From positions 1 through 64,000 of the forward strand of contig RDEW01000062.1 of the NCBI GenBank assembly GCA_011109175.1: DNA of 64,000 bases. The letters are read 5' to 3'. A program made the translations under genes and the position numbers. This document shows, one piece after another, positions 14,962-26,615 of this stretch (positions are counted from its first letter, which is position 1; every line of letters starts with the position of its first letter). Below the pieces are notes generated by a model, which was not told the origin of the DNA, did not search any database, and was given only the letters and a program-made list of their open reading frames with translations. Source of the stretch: Dicyema japonicum (taxonomy: Eukaryota > Animalia > Dicyemida).

Positions 14962-15129
14962 TTTTGCTATCGATGGCTTTGGGAACTGTTATTCACATAC
15001 ACCCGTGCCAGTTAGCATATATTAAAGGCGGGAAATCGCTGCTTTGTATATTCCATCATCTTTTTAGCTACTAAAAAGATAAACCATGCAAAATACATTT
15101 AACTAATCCAAAAGACCTAAGACACTTCC

Positions 15130-15400
15130 GGAATGGACATTCATTGGTTAATTTAGGTTCGATGTGGCCCGGGAGAGATTATCAGTAACCCAAGGCTACG
15201 AGTTTCAAGGATTTGGCCATACCAGTCACTGATGCACTTTTAAAGAGGGGTGCCTAAATTCTCGGAAGGCATGCCAATCAAATGACGTCTTTCAAGTGTG
15301 TGAACTGTGGAAGCATGAACACAGGGCGAACCATATCAAGTGCCCCCTGTTCAGGAAGCGACGGATTAGGTACCACGGGGAGAACGCCTTCCCCTTTACC
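15130..15400 (+). mobile_element. Decayed gag-like ORF1 zinc knuckles of a jockey/I-type LINE
   Basis: FQGFGHTS..C and KCVNCGSMN(H)RANHIKCP across frameshifts. Confidence 0.5.
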
Positions 15401-16724
15401 TACAGTGGTTAGTAATATAGGTGCTATCCATCAGATGGTAAAGGGTTATTGTAGTGAAGGCGGCGCTTTTAGGGTTATTTCGATTTGTTTTAAGAACGAT
15501 AACTGTCGAAATAATTCAAATTTCTATAAAAAGAAGAAAACAACGAAAGGTGATGAATTCGCCGTTAAAAGAAGGATGGGTGGAGAAGACGAATAATGGG
15601 TTCCGAAAACGCTTCCACAAGGCGATGAAAAGAACAACTATTTTCTTTCCCTAATTTACTTTTATTTTTACCAAATAAATGTGTTGCTTATCATGATTGC
15701 AACTAGAGAAACCACTAAGCCTCACTCTTATTTTTAAGCCTTCTTCATAAAACCGCAGAATTGCTAAAGATTAAATCAAAAAATATTGTTAATGGGAGAG
15801 AGAAAAAGAACAACCGCGATCAAAATATCGATCTCACGGTTTTGATGAGTAACCATTAATCTTACATCATAGCAAGAGAAATACGTCAGTGGCATTCAAG
15901 GCCATCAAGCGTAGTGAAATTATTGACCGACCGAGAAAGCAAAATGAGGACCCACGTGCTCGGAGGTTTCTACAGCAAGAGAAGCGGATATAGCATAGTC
16001 ATCATTTTTATTATCATTTAATCAATACATTCTTAGTCAGACCTCAATAACCTTGACTTTGGGATATCCTCGCTCTCAGGGTGACTCGGACGAATGCCAT
16101 ACATTTTTCCTAGCGAAAAACAACTTCAAAAACCCTTATCAAGTGAAATTTGTTAATTACATTAAGTTTAACTCACTTACACCACACTATTTGACTTATT
16201 GCTAAAACAGAAGACACTGTAAAGGAAATAGTTAACATTTGACGGATTTAAAGGGTGTAAAAAACAAAGGTAAGCGAGTACCTCAAGGACAAATATTTAC
16301 GCTTCCAGGTCTAATTGAACAAGCTTACAAACTTTTTACGATTTAACCAAAATAAAGATTTCTGTTAAAATCCAAATAGTCGTCAATAAATTCATCAAAT
16401 AGATTTAGAGACTGAATTTTAATTGACTATTTGTAATATGTCAATGTCAAAATGACAGTGTAAGGAGGAATCATAACAGGCGATATAAAAAATGAATCTC
16501 CTCAATAAATCTTAAGACATGAATAGAGATGTGTCTTGGTCATGTAATGTCCCATGCCATCGAGTCTGGCCGTGCCATAATGTCCGGGCAAATTCTTATG
16601 TTTTAAACATCTCACAACCAATGTTTAATTACTAAGTAAAAATAGATTTTTTTTTATTTTGAATAATTAATTTTTTAACTGGAATGTGTATACATGAACG
16701 TCGACTATACCACAATAGGAAGGA

Positions 16725-16975
16725 TAGGGATTAGGGTTAGGGATTAGAGTCAGGGTTAGGGTTGAGGTTATGGTTAGAGATAAAGATGTTATTAGATTCA
16801 CGCTTACGGTCGGTTTTTAGGACGATGGCATGCGACAGTTAATGATGATAGTGGGCTTCCAGAAGACCTTGATTAGAGTCAGGGTTAGGGTTGAGGTTCT
16901 GGTTAGGGATAAAGATATTATTAGACTCAAGCTTATGGTCGGGGTTTGGACGATAGCATGCAACAGTTAATAATT
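16725..16975 (+). repeat. Degenerate TTAGGG-like tract within a duplicated unit of about 110-130 bp
   Basis: GATTAGAGTCAGGGTTAGGGTTGAGGTT occurs at about 16742 and 16871, each followed by similar unique sequence. Confidence 0.8.
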
Positions 16976-17074
16976 ATGTGAGTGATGATAGTCAGAGGTT
17001 GCACAAAATACTCTGTGCGACTGTTTCCGATTGTTACAAACGTCTTCTAAACTATCAATTCCGATCGAAAGTTC

Positions 17075-17290
17075 GATGCATTATTGATGTCTCCTGGGTT
17101 GACGAGTGACCCCGTCATCATTGATTACCTACTGTGGAACTGTATTGTCTACTAAAAGTTGAAACACGCAGCCAAAATGAAAAAAGACGTCATTCTCGAT
17201 GGCTGTCTTCTTCCTACGATTAATTATCTTTCCTTTTTAAATAACGAGTGTGTCCTGCCTAAGTGGAGGTTCAATATCTGTCTCCCAGAG
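17075..17290 (+). mobile_element. SINE family A copy
   Basis: TTGACGAGTGAC.CCGTCATCA and GTGTGTCCTGCCTA are shared with 51330-51630. Confidence 0.75.
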
Positions 17291-17899
17291 CAAAAATATT
17301 CATTCTGGCTTCAATGACTAAAATAGAAAACCTGATAGAAACAGCTGTCTTTGAAGTACAACACGAGGTTCTCATATTCATGTCTTCTCATAAAAGAGGA
17401 ATAATGAGGGTAACATAACACCGTAAAGATGTGGAGGAATACCGTAAAATTCTTTAACTTCTCTAAGGAATACTGGAGTATGTTCAACTAGAGAAACTAG
17501 TAGCAAGGTCATCTTCCTTCACCTGCCCCAGACATACCCAAGCTCTAATTTACCTGTGGATGAGTTAGGTATCTGATTGCACAAAAAGACAGCCTTTCGA
17601 GACTGTTTCATTCATCTCTTCTCATGATTAAAATTAGAAAAGATAGAAATAGAAGGCTGTAGTGCAACGCTTCCCGATTCGTTTTGAGTTCGTACCCCAA
17701 AAATTTTAAAATCAAACCTCGCACCCCCGATTTTAAATCTAACAAAATTCGAATTTTATTCAAAAAAATAGTTAGGTTCCTGGAGACTTTTCTTGCATTT
17801 AGTTTTAATTAATTTTTCGAATAAGGTTTTTGTTTCCAAGTGCAATTCTGAGATCGTTTTCAGAGTTAAAAGCGTTTCGGTACTTATTTTTTATATATA

Positions 17900-18430
17900 A
17901 TACAGAGGAGCGCTGGCAGATCTCCAAGGCACAAGGCAAATTGTCAAGCGGGTTATGGATGCTGCTGGATATTCAGCCATTCTTGAACCGGTCGGGTTAT
18001 GCAAAAGTGACGGGAAACGACCGGACGGGATGACCATATTTCCCTTTTTAGTCGGGAAACCACTTGTTTGGGACGTGACATGTACAGACACGTTCGCCCC
18101 GAACAATCTTCACGAATGCGCTTCAATGGCCTGCTCTGCAGCCGTCAAGGCGGAGAAGGCCAAACTCGAAAAATACGGCGACCTTCCCGATAATGTCCAA
18201 TTTGTTCCTTTTGCTATGGAGACTTCCGGATCCTACTCCCCCTCTACACTAGAGTTTTTCGGACGTCTTGGAAACCGGATCACCTCATGCACTGCAGATC
18301 TCCGCGAACACCGCTGGCTGTTTGAGCGAATTTCGCTCGCAATTCTGAGAGGGAACAGCCACGCAGTGAGGGCGGCAGCTAACTAATGTTTTGTCTTTAT
18401 CATTTTATTAATAACACTTGTTAATTGTTA
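17900..18430 (+). mobile_element. 5'-truncated CRE-like element (REL domain)
   Basis: ORF 17955-18386: GKRPDGMTIFPFLVGKPLVWDVTCTD, FVPFAMETSG, ISLAILRGN. AT-rich tail. Confidence 0.88.
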
Positions 18431-18439
18431 TAATACAAA

Positions 18440-19050
18440 TGAAAATCCAGATTCACATTGCCAGGTTGTTACAAATGGAACCAGATGCTTTTTTTGCAAA
18501 GGTCGGAGACCCAACTTGCGAACCGCACCAAAAAAACCTCCAAAGAATTTGAGTCAATAATATTTTAAGTGATGTGATGCTTGCATTTCAATCAAATTAT
18601 CTTTATTTTCATCTCTATCGCCCATCTACTCTATTTTGAAAGCAAATGTTAACAATCCAGGTATCAGAGTCTTTAATATTTCAATTGAAAAATATCCATC
18701 AAATGAAAGTTTTAAGCCTTGATTATTGATTTTTGTTTTAAAAATTTTATCAAAAGTCGAGTTCAATATCGGTTTCATCCAGTGTTGGAAAATTGGCAAA
18801 ATTATTGCCATGAATTTGTCGATTCCACAACAACAGTTTATTCCTGAAGTCACGTGATTGTCAGAAGCATTAATAATGCTCATCCCTTGCCCTTGAAAGA
18901 CTCAACTGGTTAAGATGATTGAAAATGTCAGCCAAATATGCCAACAAAATAACAAAATTTGGAGATTTGAAACAATCAAGTAGTTCAGAGTTTTTGTCAG
19001 ATTTTAAGACACGTTGACATAGATAACAACGAGTTTTTTTTATTTCTAAC
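18440..19050 (-). mobile_element. hAT Buster-type transposase remnant
   Basis: LAYLADIFNHLNQLSLS motif. Nucleotide similarity to 40380-40700. Confidence 0.75.
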
Positions 19051-19061
19051 ATTAAATAATA

Positions 19062-20260
19062 CAGTGTTTTCCGATTTATTTAATAACTTTGTCATAAACT
19101 TTAATAACTTTGTCATAAAATTTAATAACTTTGTCAAAATTTAATAACTTTGTCATAAAATTTAATAACTTTGTCAAAATTTAATAATTTGTCAAAATAT
19201 TTAATAACTTTGTCAAAATATTTAATAACTTTGTCAAAATGTTTAATAATTTGTTAAAATGTTTAATAACTTTGTCAAAATGTTTAATAACTTTGTTAAA
19301 ATACTTAATAACTTTAAGAAGATGCTAATAAAAATTGAAGAAGATGCTTCATTTACGCTGAAGAATTTACAAAATTCTTTATTTGATGTGAAAAGAAAAA
19401 ATGTCTCTCAATCGACAGGATAGAGACATTTGGATATAGTTTAAAAAAATCAATTTGTACCTATGGCGAGAAATTCTACAATAAATATGGAAGAAAGATA
19501 TAGATCTGCCAGAAAAATAATTGAAGTTGATAATCAACGGCTTATTTTTATAGACGAAATGGGAGTCAATTGTTTGATGAGATCCAAATTTGGAAGATCT
19601 ATAAAAGGAGTTACTTCGAAAAAATGTACTAGAAACATAAGAGAGAAAAATTTCGCTATTTGTGCTGCTATTTCTGTGGACGGCCTTTTACATTACGAAA
19701 TCAATTCCTCCCCTTATTGCTCGGAGACGTTCATTGATTTTGCAATACAGCTTAATTATAAGCTTGAACATGCAGGGAAAAAAGTATGGTTATATATTAT
19801 ATTTAAGACATGGTATTGATTTGTGACAATGCATCAATTCACAAGAGCGAGCAATTAAAAAATGTTGTATTCGGAACTGGTATCCAATTAATTTTTAACG
19901 TGTATAGGGTATGAATTGTATTTTTTGCTTCCTTATACTCCTCAACTTAATCCAATTGAAAAGTTTTTTTCTGTTTGAAAAAATAACATCAAAAAGAAAA
20001 ATTGTAGGAACTCGATGAATTAATAAACGCAATCCAAAACATCGGAGAAATTCCATCAGATGTGTGCAACAATTTGTACAGCCTCATGCGGAGCCATTTA
20101 GTTAAAGCATTGGCTAATGAAGAATTTTAATTTATAGTTGTTTTTTTCAATTAATTATAAAATTGGTTTCTTTTAATTTGACCCTTTACAAAGTTATTAA
20201 GTATTTTGACAAAGTTATTAAATTTTATGACAAAGTTATTAAATAAATCGGAAAACCCTG
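19062..20260 (+). mobile_element. Tc1/IS630-family DD34E transposon, decayed, with micro-intron(s)
   Basis: TA-flanked TIRs CAG(T/G)GTTTTCCGATTTATTTAATAACTTTGTCATAAA. Motifs IFIDEMG, CDNASIH, PYTPQLNPIE. Removing 19880-19907 gives exactly 34 aa between D and E. Frameshifts and one TGA elsewhere. Confidence 0.92.
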
Positions 20261-20918
20261 TAAATTATTTAAAAAAATATAAATGTATTTAAATTCTCTT
20301 GTTATATATTTTATTTGAAGATCATTGAAAAACAAAGAATTTGAGTTATTGAGATGCAATCCTGTTTTTTCGAACTATAAAGAAGAGGTGTCACAGCTTC
20401 CTGATTTTTATTCTAAATATTCTCATCTTTTTATGAGCTTATTCGATGTAAGGCAGAATAAGTCTTCATGCAGAACAAGCATATTCAATTGTCGGCACAA
20501 TAACCTGAAGCTAGAGTTTACTGAAACAAGCTGCAGGTGGGAGGGTTCTCTTCCTTATGCTAGACTTTAGAACGTGGTCATGGGCACAGACTCGGTCTCT
20601 TTTGATGCATGATTTTTATAGATCTAACTTGAAAAAAAATTAATTAAAGGTTTTTTTAACTTGAAAGTCATGAGAAGTGATAAGATCAACTTGAAAAAAG
20701 CTTATTGAAGTACACAAACACGTGCAAAATGGTAGAAAAACAAATTAATATCAATTAACCATATTAATGTACATCTATAGAAAATTCCAATTCCAACAAA
20801 AGCAAATATTATTATATCGCCTTTGGAAAAGTTTGGAATTGTAATCTTGTACAGTCCTTCTCTAATTTTTGTGATAAATTGAGATTGGCGGTCTCTTTCA
20901 AACGGATAAATGCTAATA

Positions 20919-22741
20919 TTAGTAACAATCAAACCATTTTTGAATAATGTGTGCAAACAGTATGAAGATATCTGACATTATAAAAATTCCGTAAGTAAGA
21001 CGAATTTTAAAAACGAAGATCATCACAAAAGAATTCACAGCCTAATTGTATCAATTTAAATTAAACTCTGATTATCACTGAAACCCACGGAATAGGCCCA
21101 ACCGATTTGAGCTATTATCAAAAAAATAAATTACTTTGAAATTTATGATAAAAGGAGTCCAGGTGAGTAGCTCTGAATATAAACTAATTACTAAAAATAA
21201 TCAAAAAACTCTTACAATGAAAAATGGTCAAAAAGATCCAACTTGTCCAGCTAAGCAATGTAACTCAAAATATACCTCGTGAATGGAATAATACGCAACA
21301 AAACTAAATCGAAGGCAATAACTACTGGGAAGAAAAGGGCAAACATTCGGTTGAGGAACTTGATATTGATTACACAAAATACTTTATTTCTGTACTGAAC
21401 TGTTGGCAGATTAATCTTTCGTGGGATTGATCTGTTGAAGAATCGAAATATTGTTTCAACAATGTCAAATGATGGAATCGTATTTTTTATGATTTCGAAA
21501 AAAGAAATATTTTGAGACGCTTTTAAAAACTGAATTATAAATCAAAACCTCATAGAGATGCCAAATTAATGGAAACAACTCGCAAAAACAATATTATATT
21601 TGAGTTTCCCTGTTCCCATGTCCAAAAAGAGACGATTATGAAAATTCAATATCAACATTTGAACTAAAAGTAATTATTTTAAAAAAAACTTGAAGAACTT
21701 GACGGTTTTTCAATGAATTCAGAGTTGTTCCAATATTTCACCTCGAAGATCATCGCCCATTCATTAAGAATTATCTAAATTGCCTAAAAAGTTACCTGAA
21801 CTGAAATAATCAACATTGTCCAAATAAAATTCTTATAATTTTCATAATTGTAGTTTTTATAAATTTCGTTAATTATGTTTTTAGGAACTTTACAGTGATA
21901 ATTTTTTTTACCTTTTTCCTGAAGGAAATAAATCAAATTTTTCACTCTCACTTTGAAAATAAGAGAAGAAACTGAAATTGGAGAAAATTTGATTGTTATT
22001 GGTAAATATCTATATTCTGGGCGAATAAGCTATAAATTTAAAAAAATGCATACAAATCCAAATTGAGACTCCATTCCATCATCAGCATATAAAATAGGAT
22101 GATATTCGTTCTTCCCATTAAGCCAAACAATATCTGCTATTTCTATCGGAATTGAAGGATGAAGAGACGTGTTTTCGAGAAAGTTTAGGTTGATTAAGGA
22201 ATTCCAATGATTATACGGCTTTGAAAAGTCGACACTTTCCAGTTGATACAGTTTTTTTGGTCTCAACTATATAACAAAACAAACTTGAACAGCATTCGAT
22301 ACTCTACGGGGTTTGGAATTGCATGATATGTCAGAGGAAGAGATGAGTAGTCCAATGGAATGGAGTTTAGCGGACTTTTTCCATCAGACAAAAGAAACAC
22401 GTGTGCATACAACGTGCTGTTCATCCGCGTACTCAGTGGTAGCTTAACAAATATTTGCCTAAATATGAATTATATTGCAACTCTTCGAATGAAGAAGTAA
22501 AGTTGAAATCTTGGATGAGATACAAAAGCTTCATTTTCTTAGTGATGTAACTGGATTCGGAGATGTAAATATTAATCTAATTAAAATTATATTTTACTGA
22601 TAAATTTGGATTTTTGTTGAGCATTGAATGCAAACAAAATCCGTCGTATTTTTCATCGCATTCTCTGTATTCGAGTTGGTTTTTCAGTATAAATATTAAT
22701 ATTAGTAGTAGAAAATGCTTTATAAAAAGACTTGTATACAT
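20919..22741 (-). CDS. CLPTM1L: CLPTM1/CLPTM1L-family membrane protein, about 13 exons, one apparent frameshift near 21585
   Basis: Spliced translation gives TRMNSTLYAHVFL, PYNHW, YHPILYAD, LPITIKFSPIS, SWTSWI, INFKLKSVGPIPW, IQKW, matching family motifs (TRNNGTLYAYIFL, NYKLKSVAHLPW). Introns are 19-41 nt GT-AG. Confidence 0.82.
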
Positions 22742-23039
22742 TCAGAGAATTGTACGACGATTACAATATTGTTTCTATATATTTTTTGAATTTTTCCTAA
22801 TTTAGAAATTTTTAGCGTATAGGAACATCATTGGATATTCCCTACAGATAGGATTCCATGTCCTTTACACAAAGATTACAGAAGGTAATTCGAATAAAAT
22901 GATTTTTGACGACAAATAGGTTGGTACAGTATAGTACATTTTTATGCAGAGTTTTGCAATTTTATAAACTCTGCAATGTCTGTAAGTATATAAATAAAGG
23001 AACTGATCAATCAATCCTCACGTTAAACTATACCATTTT

Positions 23040-23280
23040 CAGTTCAATTCTGAACATTTTTTTATATCTATTTTGACTATGCGATATTCTATTTTGACAT
23101 TTTTTAAATCTGTTTTGACAAAGCAATATTCATCATTGACAATGCGATAAGCAATATTGACATTTTTTGCATCAATTTTAACAATGCGATATTCAATTTT
23201 AACATTTTTTAAATCTATTTTAACATTGCAATATACATCTTTGACAATGGAATTAACAATATTAATTAACAACGTAATCA
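23040..23280. repeat. Degenerate 21-bp tandem array next to a Tc1 remnant
   Basis: Repeated ATTTT(G/A)ACAATGCGATATTC-like units. Produces the spurious heptad ORF 23039-23281. Confidence 0.7.
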
Positions 23281-23290
23281 TAGAATGAAA

Positions 23291-23720
23291 TCATAGGCGT
23301 ACAATTCCATTTTTTTCAACATTCCTGTAAAAATGTCGTATTTTCTCCCGCGTTAGATGTGTTATATAATAGTCCAAAGCAATTTGTAGTAATTGAGCTC
23401 GAAATTCGGTCAGAGTTCCATTTCCTGCTGCAAAAACATCATTACGGGGATTGTTGTGATTAGATAAATAAGTCTTTACTTCAGCCTTAAGAATGGAAAA
23501 ACAGCCTTCGCATGGATTAAGTTGAGGAGAATATGGTGCATCAAATCTTCGTATAGTATGTTCTACTCGTATACCTTCAAACTTCCTTGTTTTTATGGAT
23601 TGGAGCATTATCCATATAAATAATAAGTTCCTCTCCATAGATGTAAAATATGAAATCATAGAATATTAGCTTGGAAAGCATTTTTCAAACCATGATACCC
23701 TAATGCAATGATCGTCAATT
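23291..23720 (-). mobile_element. Tc1/IS630-like transposase C-terminal remnant
   Basis: APYSPQLNPCEGCFSILK motif. Confidence 0.8.
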
Positions 23721-24759
23721 ATAACGTGATTGCGGAACCCTTTTATATTCACAACCAGGCTGGCGAACGTTCCAAGTCGCCTCAATTTGAAAAAAAGGTT
23801 CGTATTACTTGTAAAGGTCCTGGAGTTTTCGACATTGAATTTTAGTTACTGGAAAGCAAGGTTCTCTATGTAAATGAACCGGATGCAATTTCGTCATTTA
23901 GGACCGCCAATCACAAAATTGAAGACGTCATAACGAACAAAGCCTTCAGAACTAATTCTGAAAAACATAGTGTTCTAATTCGCTTTGCAATAGAAAAAAA
24001 AGTTTCATGCTGTTAGGCTGGTCACCAGCTCGATGGCCGAAGCTACGTTTCCAGTACGCATTGAACTCGAGATCAGACACTATCTATTGTGAATGGGTTA
24101 GAAAACTTAGATGTTATATTTGCCAAAAATTGGAATTAGTTCTGGAACTGCATCAATTGTGATTCATTCAGACATTTAACATACTAGAGGGATGCCCTTT
24201 TACCAAAGCCGCATCGATTAAGCAACATACCACTTTGAAAATAGATTGTTTTGAAGGCTAGTAGGCGCAAAGTCTTCTCTCTCCTGTGACTTTGGCAAGG
24301 TTTAATCATCTGATAATTGCCACGACCATCGAATAAACTATTTTTCCAAGAGATTTTCCTTTTCACCTCATTAATTGAGCATATCAACTCACTCCTGCAG
24401 AAAACTGGATCTTCTTATTTCACACAAAAGAGCATCAATTCATACTCCCATTGCAGAAGAGTCGACCAGCAACAATAACCGGAAGCTGGGATCACTTAAT
24501 TAGTTAGTTTTGTCGCCTTTCTTTATGGTCTTGTGGTTTCTTAATGTGTACACGTGACATTATAGACTAAAGGCTTCCATTCTCGAACAAATGATGCTGA
24601 TTCCATTAAATTACTTTCTAGATTGTTAACAAATACCGATGAATTCAAGTAAAAAGTGAAAACCAGTTGCATAGAATGCACGTCTGACAAAAATTATAGT
24701 GAGGGACCTAATAATTATTTATCTTGTTAACTATTCGGTGTTTAAAAATTAAAATTATC

Positions 24760-24831
24760 AGGCACCAGAGGGAGTCGAACCCTCGACCCTTGGTTTACAA
24801 GACCAATGCTCTACCACTGAGCTATAATGCC
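24760..24831 (-). tRNA. trnT-UGU: tRNA-Thr (anticodon UGU)
   Basis: GGCATTA/TGGTGCC acceptor stem, TAGCTCAGTGGTAGAGCA D arm, TTGGT-CT-TGT-AA-ACCAA anticodon arm, GGTTCGACTCC T arm. Confidence 0.96.
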
Positions 24832-25234
24832 ATTTTCTCGTAAAATTTAAATTTAATATTTACTATACACTTTCCTATTATGCCCCAGGAATTGTAAAAA
24901 TGCACTAAATTTGAAAATTCATATAAATATTTTGCTTTAAAAAATTTAGCTATGAAAATATTTTTTAAAGTCTTAGTCTATTACGGTTTTACCGTTGACA
25001 AATTTAATAATGTTTCAGTCATTTTACGTGATTTTTTAATCGCATTATTATTTGACCACAAAAACTTTTAACAGACAAATATGTTTGCTAGATTACAGGT
25101 TTAATGATCCTTGATTCATGAGAAATTATCGTTTGTACGTTGTATCTCAAACATTTTGACAGTTCTCTAAACTTTACTCAACTATAATAATACTGCACTT
25201 TACGAAGAACCATATTAGCTATAGTTTTTCCCAG

Positions 25235-25490
25235 GCAAGACACGCACTTTATTTTAAGTAAAGAACGGTTATGATAACTAATCGATGAGGGAGAACAGAG
25301 GAATGCTCTTCACTTCTTTTTTTGTTGGTTGTGAGTCTTTTTTAGACGATCCTATTACCAGTTAGATGTTCACTGATGACGATGTCACTAATCAAGCCAA
25401 AGTAGATACGTGGAACCTTCCGCCGGAATGTACAGAAGCGAGATTCGAAATAGAGGTCATCAAACCTTTTGCCCGACACTCGTTATATCG
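25235..25490 (-). mobile_element. SINE family A copy
   Basis: CTAATCGATGAGGGAGAA and GTTCACTGATGACG..GTCAC are shared with 54700-54990 and 39365-39530. Confidence 0.8.
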
Positions 25491-25597
25491 CGACAATCGG
25501 TCGTTAATCAACTATGGCTTACAAAAAATTTGGTTAAAGAAATTAAAAACTGATCAAGTTTCAATATATACAAATTAAAATTTTAGAAACTAATAAA

Positions 25598-26615
25598 TTA
25601 TTTAGTTTTGTGGATATTTCTCATATGTCGAAGCAAATTTGATGAAACTGAAAACATTTTGTTGCATATTGCGCATTTATAAGGCTGCTCTCCTGTATGA
25701 GTTCGCAAATGTCGTTTCAAGTTGGCGAACCGAGGAAATATTTTGTTGCAAAAATGACAGAATGGTGGTTTCTTATTACGAAAATTGGGTATGTGTCCAT
25801 TATTCGGATGATTAAAGTTTGTAATTTGATTGATTTGCTGTTGACTCTTCAAAAAGTTATCAATCCAGTTTGAAAAAAGTACATTTAATTCAAAATTCAT
25901 AAAATTCCGTTGCGCCATTAACTGAATTGGATTTATCATTGGGATGGGCGGGTTTTGAAAAAGTAAATTATTTGGATAGACATTAAAATTGTTGCGAACG
26001 TTGTTGTTATCAATTTGGGTTTTGTTTAATTCATTTTGATTAATCAAATCTTTGTGGATATTTTCGATGCTAAAAGGATGTGTGAACTTATTTTCTTCTG
26101 CTTCCCTAGGAGTTTCCACAGAAACAGGGTTAAATTCTGATGATTTATTAGATTCGTATCTATGGGATCGCTTATGACGGCATAAATTTGAAAATTGAGT
26201 GTAACTTTTAAAACAAATCTAAAATGAATATAAAAACGGATTACATCACATCTATGTGGTTTGGTGCTTTCGTGGATGTTTTTGTGTTGTTTAAGTCCGC
26301 TGTTAGTGGAAAATGATTTCCCACATTCATCACATATTTTAACATTTTCGAATCTGAATTTAGTTCCTGATATTTCAGAATCCTAAGCCATTACCTTCAG
26401 AAGTTACTTTAACATTAACATCATTCTCTGAGTCATTCACACTAGAAATTACTCATTTTTTACCTTGGAATATCTCCGGTTGAACCATTCTCAATTACTT
26501 CGCTGTTAGTTTTTTCGACAACTAAAAATAACAAAAATAGTTATTTTTGATTATAATGTAAAAATATACTTATATTCGTGATTACATCATCAATTTTATT
26601 ATCATCTTCTTCCAT
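25598..26615 (-). CDS. Miniaturised PRDM3/16 (MECOM/EVI1, hamlet, EGL-43) family C2H2 transcription factor, 5 exons
   Basis: [30 protein letters not shown]|[19 protein letters not shown] and [50 protein letters not shown] match EVI1 fingers 6-7 and 8-9. Start ATG inferred at 26615. Confidence 0.85.

Noticed and set aside
19079-19316. Regular short repeats resembling a CRISPR array
   Set aside because: No unique spacers, eukaryotic context, and the repeats belong to the Tc1 terminal region.
21540-21665. An alternative CLPTM1L frame with three TGA codons suggested UGA=Trp reassignment
   Set aside because: The intron phases do not lead into that frame, one T added to a T-run explains the exon, and TGA ends CDC6.
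23039-23281. Heptad-repeat ORF (VKIDLKN...)
   Set aside because: A by-product of a 21-bp tandem array beside a Tc1 remnant.
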